Shown here one piece after another: positions 25,892 through 35,555 of a stretch of DNA of 55,528 bases. The DNA is from Thermoplasmatota archaeon. GTDB lineage: Archaea > Thermoplasmatota > E2 > JACPAO01 > JAHFTW01. The DNA lies in contig JBFIHX010000016.1 of assembly GCA_041601615.1 (NCBI GenBank), forward strand, positions 1-55,528. The letters are read 5' to 3'. Below the pieces are notes generated by a model that was not told the DNA's origin, did not search any database, and worked only from the letters and a program-made list of their open reading frames with translations. Both the position numbers and the translations under genes were made by a program. Position 1 is the stretch's first letter. Each line of letters opens with the position of its first letter.

Positions 25892-26481
25892 GAGGAAACA
25901 GGAGCGCGGGTTTCTTCGGATGCGCGGAGTCGCCAGAATCCGAGCATCCAGGTGACACCCGGAATCGCCGCAAGCGCCGGCGCCATGCGCAAATCGAACG
26001 CAGTCATATCACGGCTGCCAAGCTCGAACACCATGCGCGCGTTGTCCACCGTGAGCAAAAAGTACAGCGCCAACACCAGGAGACCCAAGTGGAACACCGC
26101 GTAGGTGCGCACCTCCTTGGCGCCGCCCTGCGCGCCTGCCGCAAGAAACGCCGTGGCGTTCATCAGCAAGAACCCGCCGTTGGCCACCACCAAGGTCATC
26201 ACCCAGTATCCCCGCGTGGCCCACAGGTCGCCACCGTCTTCCAACGTCATCAACGGCAACACCATGAGCACCACGAGAAGCGTCCACGTGCCGATGCAGG
26301 CGCTGATGGACCGATCAATCCACAGCCGCGACGTAGCCGCCCCTGAATCGCGCAGAGCAAGCAATCCCGGGAGCGCCACGGCAGCGGCAAAGGCCGCGCC
26401 CACCATCATCGGAATTCGAGTCGCATAGGCGAGGATGCCGGCAGCAAGCCAAACGATGTTTGCGGCCACGAGCCAGCGCAT
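25888..26481 (-). CDS. Hypothetical membrane protein
   Basis: About 6 TM segments from MRWLVAAN. Confidence 0.65.
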   Translation of the reverse strand: MRWLVAANIVWLAAGILAYATRIPMMVGAAFAAAVALPGLLALRDSGAATSRLWIDRSISACIGTWTLLVVLMVLPLMTLEDGGDLWATRGYWVMTLVVANGGFLLMNATAFLAAGAQGGAKEVRTYAVFHLGLLVLALYFLLTVDNARMVFELGSRDMTAFDLRMAPALAAIPGVTWMLGFWRLRASEETRAPVSS

Positions 26482-26549
26482 CGGCACCGAGGGAGGGTCC
26501 TGCACAGGGCAATCACGACGGCCGCCTTCTTTACAGGGTCGCTTGGGAT

Positions 26550-28073
26550 TTAGGGTCCGGTGAATTCGAGCACATACAAGCCACTGGAGACGTCCACGGC
26601 GTACAGCAGCCCATGGTTTTCGTACACGCCCCAAAACCATGGTTGCAGGGTGGGTGCGTTGGTGCGTTGCTGGACGCTGAGGAAATAGCCGGCACTTTTC
26701 GGGTGGTCGAGGTTTGCCTGTGTGCTCACGTCGATGATCCATACACCGCCGTGGTTGTGCGCCAACGCCACCTTGCCGTCCCAGAGGTCGAAGTTGTGGG
26801 GGCTAAAGTCGAAGGCGGCAGCGGCGCCCGTTACGAGGTCGCCCGGGAGTCGCCAATACCCAGGGCTGCCGGCGCGTTGGATGCGGCGCGGGTCCGTGGT
26901 GTCCAGGAACGTGATGACTCCAGTCTCGTCGGCGGAGATGATCTCCGGTTCGGCCACCGTGATGTGACGCCCCGCAATCAGCTCGTCGAAGGAGCGCACT
27001 TGGTGGATGTTGTTTCGGGAGCTGGGGCTAAACTCCGTCCACTGGCCGATGCTTTCGAGTTGCGGCCGGTCGGTGGCCTCCGGCGATTCCAAGTCTAGGA
27101 GGGGTTCTAGGTCCAGAATCTGCACGCCCTTGTCCCAGTACGCCACGTACAGGTACCAGCCGCCGTCAACGGGGTGGCGCTGGGGAATCGCGTCATGAGG
27201 AATGAACAACTTGTCGTCACTGTTTTGGGTAATTTGGTAGCGCGCTACTGGCACGAGGCTTGGCGCCGAGACGGCTGGGGCGCGCACGAGTTGGAACACA
27301 ATCAATTCCTGGGTTCCGGGCAGCGTGGTGATGATTTCGCCCTCGGGTCCAAGCACAAGGTCGTACGTCTGGGCGCTCAGGTACTCGGCGCCATCCTCGG
27401 CCTGGAAGTAGGTGATGGTGTGTGGACCGTTCCAGGGAAGCGGCTGGAAGCCCACGCGCACAGGATTGGTGGGGTCCGATACGTCCACGATGTGGATGCC
27501 GCGCACCAATACCGCGTCCGGGCTCTCACTTTCGGCCAGAACTCCAAGCACCTCCGTCGGGCAATTGCGTTGGGCCGAGAAAAACACATAGTCGCCGTCC
27601 TCGTCCACCTCAATGTCGCTGCCGCCGGGGCCGTTGTACTCGCCCACCGGAAACGGCCGCGCAGGATCGTCCTGGATGTTCAAGATCACGAAGCCGCCCG
27701 TGCGTTCCGCTTGCTGCGGGTCGGGTACCTCGGCGCAGGGAGCGGGGGCGCCGGCGAGGTTCACAGGGACACTTGCACGCGAAACGTACGCGTAGCGGTC
27801 CGTCACGACAAATTCGTTGTACACAACGGCTGAAGGGATGCGGTCCGGGTCGCCACTGCCGTCCACGCCATTGCCATAGCCCACGAGGCGCACATGGGCG
27901 CTGCCCGCGTGCAATCCGGCGTCGAAATGGTCATGCTCCTGGATCAAGACGGAGGCAGCCCGGGCCTCCACGTCGCTTGCGAGTTGTTCAAAGTCCGTTC
28001 CCTCATCGATTCCAAACGACAAGCATCCAGAGATGGTAGCGGCCAGGAGCAGAAAGGCCGGAGCAATGCGCAC
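26550..28073 (-). CDS. LVIVD-repeat lipoprotein
   Basis: Lipobox ISGC. Repeats GIHIVDVSDP, GVQILDL, GVWIIDVS and GLYVL. Confidence 0.8.
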   Translation of the reverse strand: MRIAPAFLLLAATISGCLSFGIDEGTDFEQLASDVEARAASVLIQEHDHFDAGLHAGSAHVRLVGYGNGVDGSGDPDRIPSAVVYNEFVVTDRYAYVSRASVPVNLAGAPAPCAEVPDPQQAERTGGFVILNIQDDPARPFPVGEYNGPGGSDIEVDEDGDYVFFSAQRNCPTEVLGVLAESESPDAVLVRGIHIVDVSDPTNPVRVGFQPLPWNGPHTITYFQAEDGAEYLSAQTYDLVLGPEGEIITTLPGTQELIVFQLVRAPAVSAPSLVPVARYQITQNSDDKLFIPHDAIPQRHPVDGGWYLYVAYWDKGVQILDLEPLLDLESPEATDRPQLESIGQWTEFSPSSRNNIHQVRSFDELIAGRHITVAEPEIISADETGVITFLDTTDPRRIQRAGSPGYWRLPGDLVTGAAAAFDFSPHNFDLWDGKVALAHNHGGVWIIDVSTQANLDHPKSAGYFLSVQQRTNAPTLQPWFWGVYENHGLLYAVDVSSGLYVLEFTGP

Positions 28074-28079
28074 GCAGAA

Positions 28080-28712
28080 TCAGGCTTGGGGGGAATCAAA
28101 GGGGTTGTGGTCTCGCAACCAGGTCTCCTCCGGGGCTTCCATGCAATCGATTCCATTCCTCTCCAACAACGCTTTCGTCGCCGCCAGCGGCAGTCCTACC
28201 ACGTTGCTCCATGGTCCGTCCTCGATGTGCACAAAAGGAGCAAGAAGTGCGTCTTGGATGCCGTAGCCACCTGCTTTGCCGACCCACGCCTCGGAGCGGA
28301 CATACTCGTAGATCAAGCGCTCTTCCAACACGTCGAATCGCACTTTGGTGGTGACGGATTCGGCGTCTACGCAGCGTTCACCGCGTGCCAGTGCAAGGCC
28401 CGTGACGACTTCGTGGGTCTCGCCTGAGAGGGCGCGCAGCCGGGAGCGGGCGTCTTGGGGGCTGCGGGCTTTGCCAAGCAATTGGTTCCATTGAACGACG
28501 ACTGTGTCGCCGGCAAGAATCCAATCGTTGGGGCGCCGGACGCTGGTTGCCAGCGCCTTTTTTCGAGAGATGACTTCTAGGGCTTCCGCCACGGGCAGGG
28601 CGCGAGGCGCAATTTCGACGACATCGGTGGCGTCCACGTCAAAGTCGTCCCGGAGGTATCCAAGCAAGATTTTGCGCCGGGGGCTTTTGCTCGAAAGGAC
28701 GAGTCGGGCCAT
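28080..28712 (-). CDS. maf: Maf-family nucleoside triphosphate pyrophosphatase
   Basis: LVLSSKSPRR, GDTVV, LGK, LSGETHEV, KAGGYGIQ, NVVGLP. Confidence 0.92.
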   Translation of the reverse strand: MARLVLSSKSPRRKILLGYLRDDFDVDATDVVEIAPRALPVAEALEVISRKKALATSVRRPNDWILAGDTVVVQWNQLLGKARSPQDARSRLRALSGETHEVVTGLALARGERCVDAESVTTKVRFDVLEERLIYEYVRSEAWVGKAGGYGIQDALLAPFVHIEDGPWSNVVGLPLAATKALLERNGIDCMEAPEETWLRDHNPFDSPQA

Positions 28713-28717
28713 GCAAA

Positions 28718-30661
28718 TCAGCCCAGTGCTTTCTGGATTGCTTGCTTGAGTTTGGCAGACAGGACGGCGCCGTCGGCTTTGCCTCGAAGTTCGGCCATGA
28801 CGGGGCCCATGAGGGGGCCCATGGAGGCCATTCCGCGTTCGCGCACGAAGTCGAGTCGGCTGGCGATGACGCTGTCGATGATGGCGGTCACTTCGTCGTC
28901 GTCGGCTGCTGCGGAGCCGGTTGCTTCGATGGCGGCGTCGAGGGTGTGTGTCGGGTCTGCGTCGAGGGCCATGATTACGTCGGGGACGGCTTCCTTGGCA
29001 AATCGACCGGCTGCAAGCGCATGCGCCACGGCTGGCAGGAGCGTCAAGATGCGTGCGGGGTCCTTGCATTCGGGCAGAATCTGGGTCAGAACGCGGGCTG
29101 CGAGTCCCGCTTCTACGCCGTCGTGCACGAGTGTGACAAGCGTGCCGTCTGTGTCCTCGCGCACCAATTGGGTGGCGAGGTTTTCGCTCAGGCCGTGTTC
29201 TTGTGTGAGAATCAGTGCGCGTTCCTCGGGTTTTGCGGGAAGATTGCCGAGGATGTCTGCCCAGTGTTCGCGGGTGAGGCGTATGGGTGGAACGTCCGTT
29301 TCGGGGTACATTCGAGCAGCACCCGGGAGGGGCCGCATGAAGCGCGTGGAGTCATCGGGTTGGGCAACGCGCACTTCCTTGGGGGGATTTCCGATGGCGG
29401 CGAGGGCGCGGTCGGCAACCGCGAGGAGCGCTTTTTCAGCAATGGCGCGGCGTTCTACGCACAGTACGAAGCCATCCTGGGGGCCGAGTTGGAGGCTGGC
29501 GCGGACGGCTTCCACTTCGTTGCTGCTGATGCCGTAGGCGGGCAATTCGTCGCTGTGGAATACGCCCTTGACTCCGGCGGCGATCTTGGCGTGGGCGGCA
29601 AATTCGATGCCCATTCGGGGTCCGTCCTTGGATGCTCCTTGAATGAGGCCGGACCAGTGTTGAAGCGGGAGGGCAAGCACCTTGCTCTTTTGGCTGAGTG
29701 CTCTGGCGACCATTTTGGCCTCGGTGTCTGCAAAGGCGCTGGAAACGTCGGTGGGTGCTCCGATGCTGGCTTCCGAGAATCCTCGTGCCAGCAGTTGCTC
29801 CTTGATGTGGTGCAGCCAGAGTTGGCGACGTGCCTCGCCTTCGATGACGCGGGGCACGGCGCGTAGGTCTTGGCAGCCTTTGATTTCGACGCGGTCGCCG
29901 ACGGCGACGCTGACGTTGAGGTCCTGGCGAATGGAGCCAAGGCCGCGGCGGACCTTTCCGGTGGCGCGCAGCAGGGCTCCGAGGCGGGCGGCGGTCGCTT
30001 GGGCGTGCTTGGGATCCTTGCACTGGGGTCCTGTGGCGACTTCGATGAGTGGAACGCCGAGCCGGTCGAGGGTGTAGGTGGTGACGGCGCCTTTGTCGTC
30101 GAGCTTGCGGGCGCTGTCTTCTTCCAAGGCAAGGGTCCAAATCGCCACTTCGGGGCCACCTTCGGGGTCGACGCTGCCGCCGGTTGCAACGAGCGCGGTG
30201 CGCTGGAAGCCGCTTGTGTTGCTGCCGTCGATCACGGTTTTGCGCATGACGTGCACTTCGTCGGCGGGACGGGAGCCAAGGAGGCCCGCGTATTGCAGGG
30301 CAACTTCCATGGCGTCTTCGCTCATGGGGTGCGGTGGTTCTTCGTCGGTCTCCACGAGGCTGGTCAGGCCGTCGATGGCAAGGTAGCGGAAGCTGCGTCG
30401 GCGCTTGGCTTCGGCAATGGCGGCGGCGTCCACGTCGCCCAGCTCGGATTGGGTTGCGCGTAGGCGTCGGTCATATCGGGCGACACTTCGCTTTGCCACT
30501 TCGTCTGGATCAATGACGCCGCTTGGCATGGGCGAGAACAGTTTGCGCGTGTCCAGTTGCTGGTGGATTTCCAGGCCGCACAGGAAGCCAATGGCGGCGT
30601 AGTCGAGGGGTCCGCCGAGCGCAAGGGCCCGCGCTTCGTCGCCCGAAATGGACTTGCTCAT
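28718..30661 (-). CDS. gatE: Glu-tRNA(Gln) amidotransferase subunit E
   Basis: GLEIHQQL, MRKTVIDGSNTSGFQRT, LDRLGVPLIE, RQDLNVS, HSDELPAYGI, RPLPGAARMYPETD. Confidence 0.97.
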   Translation of the reverse strand: MSKSISGDEARALALGGPLDYAAIGFLCGLEIHQQLDTRKLFSPMPSGVIDPDEVAKRSVARYDRRLRATQSELGDVDAAAIAEAKRRRSFRYLAIDGLTSLVETDEEPPHPMSEDAMEVALQYAGLLGSRPADEVHVMRKTVIDGSNTSGFQRTALVATGGSVDPEGGPEVAIWTLALEEDSARKLDDKGAVTTYTLDRLGVPLIEVATGPQCKDPKHAQATAARLGALLRATGKVRRGLGSIRQDLNVSVAVGDRVEIKGCQDLRAVPRVIEGEARRQLWLHHIKEQLLARGFSEASIGAPTDVSSAFADTEAKMVARALSQKSKVLALPLQHWSGLIQGASKDGPRMGIEFAAHAKIAAGVKGVFHSDELPAYGISSNEVEAVRASLQLGPQDGFVLCVERRAIAEKALLAVADRALAAIGNPPKEVRVAQPDDSTRFMRPLPGAARMYPETDVPPIRLTREHWADILGNLPAKPEERALILTQEHGLSENLATQLVREDTDGTLVTLVHDGVEAGLAARVLTQILPECKDPARILTLLPAVAHALAAGRFAKEAVPDVIMALDADPTHTLDAAIEATGSAAADDDEVTAIIDSVIASRLDFVRERGMASMGPLMGPVMAELRGKADGAVLSAKLKQAIQKALG

Positions 30662-31941
30662 GCTTGCGCCTCCGGCACTTGGTTGTGGCCAAACGCCAGG
30701 ACACTCGTGGCGGCTCCTCGTTCGCCCACGAGGTCGGTTTCGAACAAGCGGTGGACTTCGTCGTGGTCCGTGGTGTGTCCGAGGATCCACATCATCTTGA
30801 TGTACGCCACTTCTGGCAGCATGTCGTCGGCGGGCATGACGCCCATGTTCAACAAGTCGCGGCCGGTGCTGTAGACGTTCATGTTGGTGCGGCCATGGAT
30901 GCATTGACTGGCCATGATGACATGCGCGCCTCGGTCGATGACTTTCTGGACGCCGGGCAGGCAGCGGCGGGCGATGTGGCCAAGGCCGGTGCCGACAATG
31001 ACGGTCGCTTTGCGCACCACGTCTTCGATGTGTTCGGGCCACAGTCCCGGATACGAGAGAATCATGCTCACCTCTTCGTCCCAGACTGCGTCGCTTCGTG
31101 TGGGGCCGTTGCTGGTGGGGCGCACGGGTTGGGTCCAGACAATGTCTTGGCCTTGGACGTGGCCAAGCGGCAGGACATTGATGCTTTGGAATGCGTCGCG
31201 GCGACTCGTGTGCATCTTGCGAACCCGAGTGCCTCGGTGGATGCTGATGCGGTCGTCGTCGCTGGATTCGTGCATGCACACCATCACTTCGCCGACGCCG
31301 CCGGCCGCCGCCACGCGTGCCGCTGCGACGAGGTTGAGGCCCGCGTCGCTGCTGGGTCGGTCGCTGCTGCGTTGGCTGCCCACGAGCACAACGGGTCCGG
31401 AGAGGTCCTTGAGGCAGAACGACAAGGCGGCGCTGGTGTAGTGGAGTGTATCGGTGCCGTGGGCGATGACGACGCCGGTGCAGCCGTTGTTGAGGTGCCA
31501 TGCGGCGCGTTCAGCCATGACGCTCCAATGCTCCGGTTGCATGTCCTCGGAAAACATTTGGAAAATCACCTCGGCGCGCACGTTGCACACGTCGAACACC
31601 TCCGGCGCCGCCGCCGCAAGTTCCTCCGGTTTGGTTGCGGGGTAGACACCGCCTGTGCGGTAGTCCACGAAACTGGCGATGGTGCCGCCGGTGCCCAATA
31701 TGGCGATGGTGGGCTTGTTTGGGTCTTCAGTGGGGGGCTTGAGGTGCACCGTGGGCTTGGAGCCCTTCTTCAACAGCTCCATTTCGGCTCCATTGGACTG
31801 GAGCCCAATGTTGTAGCCATTGGCCAATTTGATGGTCCAAATGTCCTTGCCACTAAATCCGTGGCGCGGCATCAGGATGCCTTCGAAGACGGCCTCATCG
31901 CCGGTCGTCACGCGCACGCGGTCTCCTGCTTCCGGTCCCAC
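30658..31941 (-). CDS. gatD: Glu-tRNA(Gln) amidotransferase subunit D
   Basis: IKLANGYNIG, TGGTIAS.VDYRTG, HGTDT, GSQRSSDRPSSD, RKMHTSRRDAF. Directly upstream of gatE. Confidence 0.97.
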   Translation of the reverse strand: MGPEAGDRVRVTTGDEAVFEGILMPRHGFSGKDIWTIKLANGYNIGLQSNGAEMELLKKGSKPTVHLKPPTEDPNKPTIAILGTGGTIASFVDYRTGGVYPATKPEELAAAAPEVFDVCNVRAEVIFQMFSEDMQPEHWSVMAERAAWHLNNGCTGVVIAHGTDTLHYTSAALSFCLKDLSGPVVLVGSQRSSDRPSSDAGLNLVAAARVAAAGGVGEVMVCMHESSDDDRISIHRGTRVRKMHTSRRDAFQSINVLPLGHVQGQDIVWTQPVRPTSNGPTRSDAVWDEEVSMILSYPGLWPEHIEDVVRKATVIVGTGLGHIARRCLPGVQKVIDRGAHVIMASQCIHGRTNMNVYSTGRDLLNMGVMPADDMLPEVAYIKMMWILGHTTDHDEVHRLFETDLVGERGAATSVLAFGHNQVPEAQA

Positions 31942-32087
31942 GGCGCCGGGGACGGGCGGGGGCTACTTGAAGGGATTACGGCAACGCACTCCAATCGGCG
32001 TCGACCAGATTGCCGTCAAAACTGCGGACGTGGGTGGCGGGCGCCGCGGTTGATTGCGCCAATCTCCGAATGGGATAGCACCGGAAT

Positions 32088-32735
32088 TCAAGCTTGATTT
32101 CTGGTTGGGGCCCTTGCGTTCTTCGTCTCTGTAGGTGGGTCTCGATAGCGCCGTACACGCCACAAGAACACCAAAGCAGCAAGCAACGACAGCGTCATGA
32201 AGCCCCACACCTGGAACGCTACGAGCGCATCCACCCATTCGCCGGCGCTGCTACAACGAGAGATGCCTGTTTCCCAGCGAAAATCCAAGGGATCACACCG
32301 GCGCCGGCCAATGCCGTTCCAACTGCCCAGGGCAGCGAGCCCGATACTGGCAAAAAAAGCGCCAAGGGCCATCCAGCGTAGGGTTCGGCGGGCAAGATCT
32401 CGCTCCAATCCCGGCGGTTGCACATGGCCAGGTGGAATTTCAGGGACCTCCTGGGGCGTCATGTTGGCAAACAACCGACGCTCGAAGCCCGCGTGGCGAC
32501 GCTGGGCCTGCCAGGAGCCCCAGAGCCAGAACGCGGCGGCAATGGCGGGAATGAAGAGGAGGTTGGGGACGAAAAACAGCCGGTCCCAAAGGGTCGTGCA
32601 GGCGGCTCCTTGGCAGGGGCGCAGGCCGTACAGAAAAGGGATGATGACGATGGCGACAGCGTTCAGCGCCAGCAGGCCACTTTGTCGGCCAAGCCCCGTG
32701 GACCATCGCACGGTCCAACCCACGCGTTCACCCAT
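32088..32735 (-). CDS. Hypothetical membrane protein
   Basis: 4 TM segments with paired Cys in the loops. Confidence 0.6.
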   Translation of the reverse strand: MGERVGWTVRWSTGLGRQSGLLALNAVAIVIIPFLYGLRPCQGAACTTLWDRLFFVPNLLFIPAIAAAFWLWGSWQAQRRHAGFERRLFANMTPQEVPEIPPGHVQPPGLERDLARRTLRWMALGAFFASIGLAALGSWNGIGRRRCDPLDFRWETGISRCSSAGEWVDALVAFQVWGFMTLSLLAALVFLWRVRRYRDPPTETKNARAPTRNQA

Positions 32736-32785
32736 TCAAACTTCGAGCGGTGCAGCGGGTACTTAGGATGCGTGGTGGCGTTGTA

Positions 32786-33625
32786 TCAACGTTCTTGGTC
32801 GCTTCCGTACGCCTCATGCAATGCCGCCTCCTCGCGGGCATCAAGGTCTGCTAGGTGCGCCAGCCGCCGTCGCTTTCCAGAGATGCGCAAAGGCCACGCA
32901 AGCGCGTGGATGCCAACAAGGATAATGCCGGAAACGGTGAGGATGGTCCCAATGGTTGCCTTGATGGCGATGGCACCTTGACACGCGGCAGCGGAGGGTG
33001 CGCCTGGCTCACAATTGGATCCCCGCTCTAGGTAGAATTCAAAGCCTGTTACCCCGGCAAACATGAGCCAAGCCAGGGAAAATCCCAAAGCGATGTTGGT
33101 CAGCGTCCGCCCTGTGGCCCATACTGCCGTGGCGCCGTCCGTGCCGCGAACCAAGTGTTCCAGGTCGCGGTGCAACGAATGGTACGTCGATTCATGGATG
33201 CGGCCGTGGGCGTACCAATCTCTGATGCTCTGGCATCGCGGGCCATAAAGACGCGCATCCCTGAACCGCCGCAGCCATTGCAAGACGAGAGAATGGAGAA
33301 CCAAAAGAGGAACCCAAAGCAGCGGTAGCGCAACCGAGAGCAACAGGAAGCCAACCGAGCCTCGGCTCACAGCCCGTTCGCAGTACGCGGCACTTTTTCC
33401 CTCGCCTGCGCCACAGCTCATCTGGCCGTCAAAGGAACTCGAAAGCAAACTTCCAACCACGGTTCCCAACAACCCAAGTCCCAGAACCAAGAAACAGGAA
33501 ACGAACAGGAACATTTGCAAACCGGGCAATCGCCGGATGCTCCACGCCCGCAGCCAATGGCCCCACTTTTTGGCCAACGCGAGCACGCGCCGCCCGCCCG
33601 CTACGACGCGGTCCTGGATGGGCAT
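32786..33625 (-). CDS. Hypothetical membrane protein
   Basis: 4 TM segments with paired Cys in the loops. Start overlaps the thioesterase stop. Confidence 0.6.
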   Translation of the reverse strand: MPIQDRVVAGGRRVLALAKKWGHWLRAWSIRRLPGLQMFLFVSCFLVLGLGLLGTVVGSLLSSSFDGQMSCGAGEGKSAAYCERAVSRGSVGFLLLSVALPLLWVPLLVLHSLVLQWLRRFRDARLYGPRCQSIRDWYAHGRIHESTYHSLHRDLEHLVRGTDGATAVWATGRTLTNIALGFSLAWLMFAGVTGFEFYLERGSNCEPGAPSAAACQGAIAIKATIGTILTVSGIILVGIHALAWPLRISGKRRRLAHLADLDAREEAALHEAYGSDQER

Positions 33626-34023
33626 TACGGCATCAGGGCCTTGACCAACTCTTTCAGGTCGCCCTCGAGCACATCGGAGCGCTCCAACTGGTAGTCATAG
33701 GCCACCTGAACCGTCTTGCCCGTGGCGTAGATTGCGTGGGTCCGGCGGTCCTTGATTTCATAGTCAAAATCCCATGACTTGCCGCCGATGCGACTCGTCC
33801 ACATGGTCACCTGCAATTCGGCGCCCATCTTAATCGGAATGCGGTAGTCGAGTGCCGCATGCGCCAAGATGAACGGGAAGTCCTTCTCCGACGTGCTGCC
33901 CGCTTCTTCCGTGAAGAATTTCATGCGAGCATGTTCCAAGAACGTCAGGTAAATCGCGTTGTTGACATGGCCGAGGCCGTCCACGTCGTTGAACCGCACA
34001 TCCACGGGAACCGCGTACTTCAT
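33625..34023 (-). CDS. Acyl-CoA thioesterase (4HBT/YbgC hotdog fold)
   Basis: VRFNDVDGLGHVNNAIYLTFLEHAR. Confidence 0.92.
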   Translation of the reverse strand: MKYAVPVDVRFNDVDGLGHVNNAIYLTFLEHARMKFFTEEAGSTSEKDFPFILAHAALDYRIPIKMGAELQVTMWTSRIGGKSWDFDYEIKDRRTHAIYATGKTVQVAYDYQLERSDVLEGDLKELVKALMP

Positions 34024-34463
34024 GCAGGCTCCGCCACGATTTCGAGGCTGTCTTGGACCTGCTCGGCAAGGCGCGCCAATTCATCGCCATCCACATGGGG
34101 TCGGGCCGCAAACAAGGCGTGCACCGGGCCACCGCCGTCGCCGCGGTTGCGCGGAATGATGTGCAAATGGACATAGGGCACTTCTTGGCCCGCCGTGGGA
34201 CCATCGTGCATCGCCAATGTCGCGTCCAAGGCGCCCACGGCATCCAAGAGCACGGGCACGACGCGTTGGGCCACGACCATGAGGTGTGCGGCGTCCTCCG
34301 GGGCAAGATCCTGGAGCTTCGCGCCGCCACGCTTGGGAATGACCAGAGCGTGCCCGCGTGTCAGCGGCTGGATGTCCAAGAAGCACAAGGCACGGTCGTC
34401 CTCGTACAGTTTGTGGCAGGGAATGTCACCGCGTACGATGGCGTCAAAGACGGTTTCGCTCAT
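34020..34463 (-). CDS. hit: HIT-family hydrolase
   Basis: FDAIVRGDIP, FLDIQPLTRGHALVIPK, GQEVPYVHLHIIPR (first His of the triad is Tyr). Confidence 0.9.
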   Translation of the reverse strand: MSETVFDAIVRGDIPCHKLYEDDRALCFLDIQPLTRGHALVIPKRGGAKLQDLAPEDAAHLMVVAQRVVPVLLDAVGALDATLAMHDGPTAGQEVPYVHLHIIPRNRGDGGGPVHALFAARPHVDGDELARLAEQVQDSLEIVAEPA

Positions 34464-34506
34464 GCTGGTACGATGGGCCACAGGCGCGCCGGTCTTTGGG
34501 GTTTGC

Positions 34507-35022
34507 CTACGCGGGCTCGTTGCGGGCGATGCGTGGCTGGAACCATTCCAACAAGTATTCGGAAACGCCATCCGACTCATGCACTAGGGGTTGGGCGCCG
34601 TTCGGGTACACTTCGCGCAACTGGTCCCAGACATCGTTGCCGAGCCCTCGCCCTTCGTCGACGCTTGCCAGCAACGCAAATCCATTGTGCTCCAGCAACT
34701 CGGAAACGTAGTCCCAACCGGTGCGGTGGTTCGCCTCAGCAAACGGTCGCGCCGCCGAAAACGCCCGCACCAAGTACGCCGCCTGCTCGTGTACCGGCTC
34801 GCCGTTGGGGAATCCCTCGTGGATCAAAGCCAAGTCCTTGCGTGCCGCCACCGCCGCATCCACATCGGGACCGGCCGCCTCCACGAACTCGTGCCACGCG
34901 CTGCCGTCAAGCGCCAATGCATCATGCAACGGGTCCTCCGGGCTGTGCAGTCGGTTCAGGTCCACGACGCGGTGGACGAAACGGGCAAACGGCTCCAAGT
35001 GGAATACGCTTTGTTGAGTCAT
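34507..35022 (-). CDS. Fic/Doc-like protein with a degenerate motif
   Basis: QAAYL...RPFAEANHRTG compared with canonical HPFxDGNxR. Confidence 0.6.
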   Translation of the reverse strand: MTQQSVFHLEPFARFVHRVVDLNRLHSPEDPLHDALALDGSAWHEFVEAAGPDVDAAVAARKDLALIHEGFPNGEPVHEQAAYLVRAFSAARPFAEANHRTGWDYVSELLEHNGFALLASVDEGRGLGNDVWDQLREVYPNGAQPLVHESDGVSEYLLEWFQPRIARNEPA

Positions 35023-35234
35023 TGAACACCTGATGCGCCCCAACTGCATGGGGCAACCAATACTATCCTGCGCCGAGTTGAAAGGCATTCGGGACCGGGG
35101 CAGCGGTGCACACAACTGGACAATCAAGTGATTCATCCAGACGGTACTTGAACTCGTGACCGGGAAAATTGGACAAAATGGCCCGCCGCAAAGAACAACA
35201 CCCTCTTGACGGGGCCCGGATTGGCGCCGCCAAC

Positions 35235-35308
35235 GGGACCTTAGCTTAGTCTGGTGGAGCGGCGGGCTCATAACCCGCTGGTCGTCGGTTCAAATCCGGC
35301 AGGTCCCA
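35235..35308 (+). tRNA. tRNA with CAU anticodon, probably tRNA-Ile2 rather than tRNA-Met
   Basis: Acceptor stem GGGACCT/AGGTCCC-A, anticodon arm GCGGG-CTCATAA-CCCGC, T-loop GGTTCAAATCC. The G1-C72 GGG acceptor and lack of an intron fit archaeal Ile2. Confidence 0.9.
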
Positions 35309-35555
35309 TTCGATTGGATTGTGTAGGGCGCCTTGGAGGGGTTGCAAAGCGAGGTTTGAATCATCGACCGAGTCGGAGTGTCGTGGTTGCCAGCTTCTTC
35401 CACGATGGGTCGGCAGCTAGTATTTCTGATCCCAAAATCAAGGTTTAGATTGACCTTAATGCCGGAGTTTGTCCCAATTAACTTAACTATAACATCCAGT
35501 TGGCTAGGGACAAATCGAATTGCCATGAACGGCCCCATCCGTGAGAAGATGTCCC

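Noticed and set aside
30662-31501. 927-aa GatE with an N-terminal extension
   Set aside because: The extension overlaps gatD in another frame. GatE homology begins at 30661.
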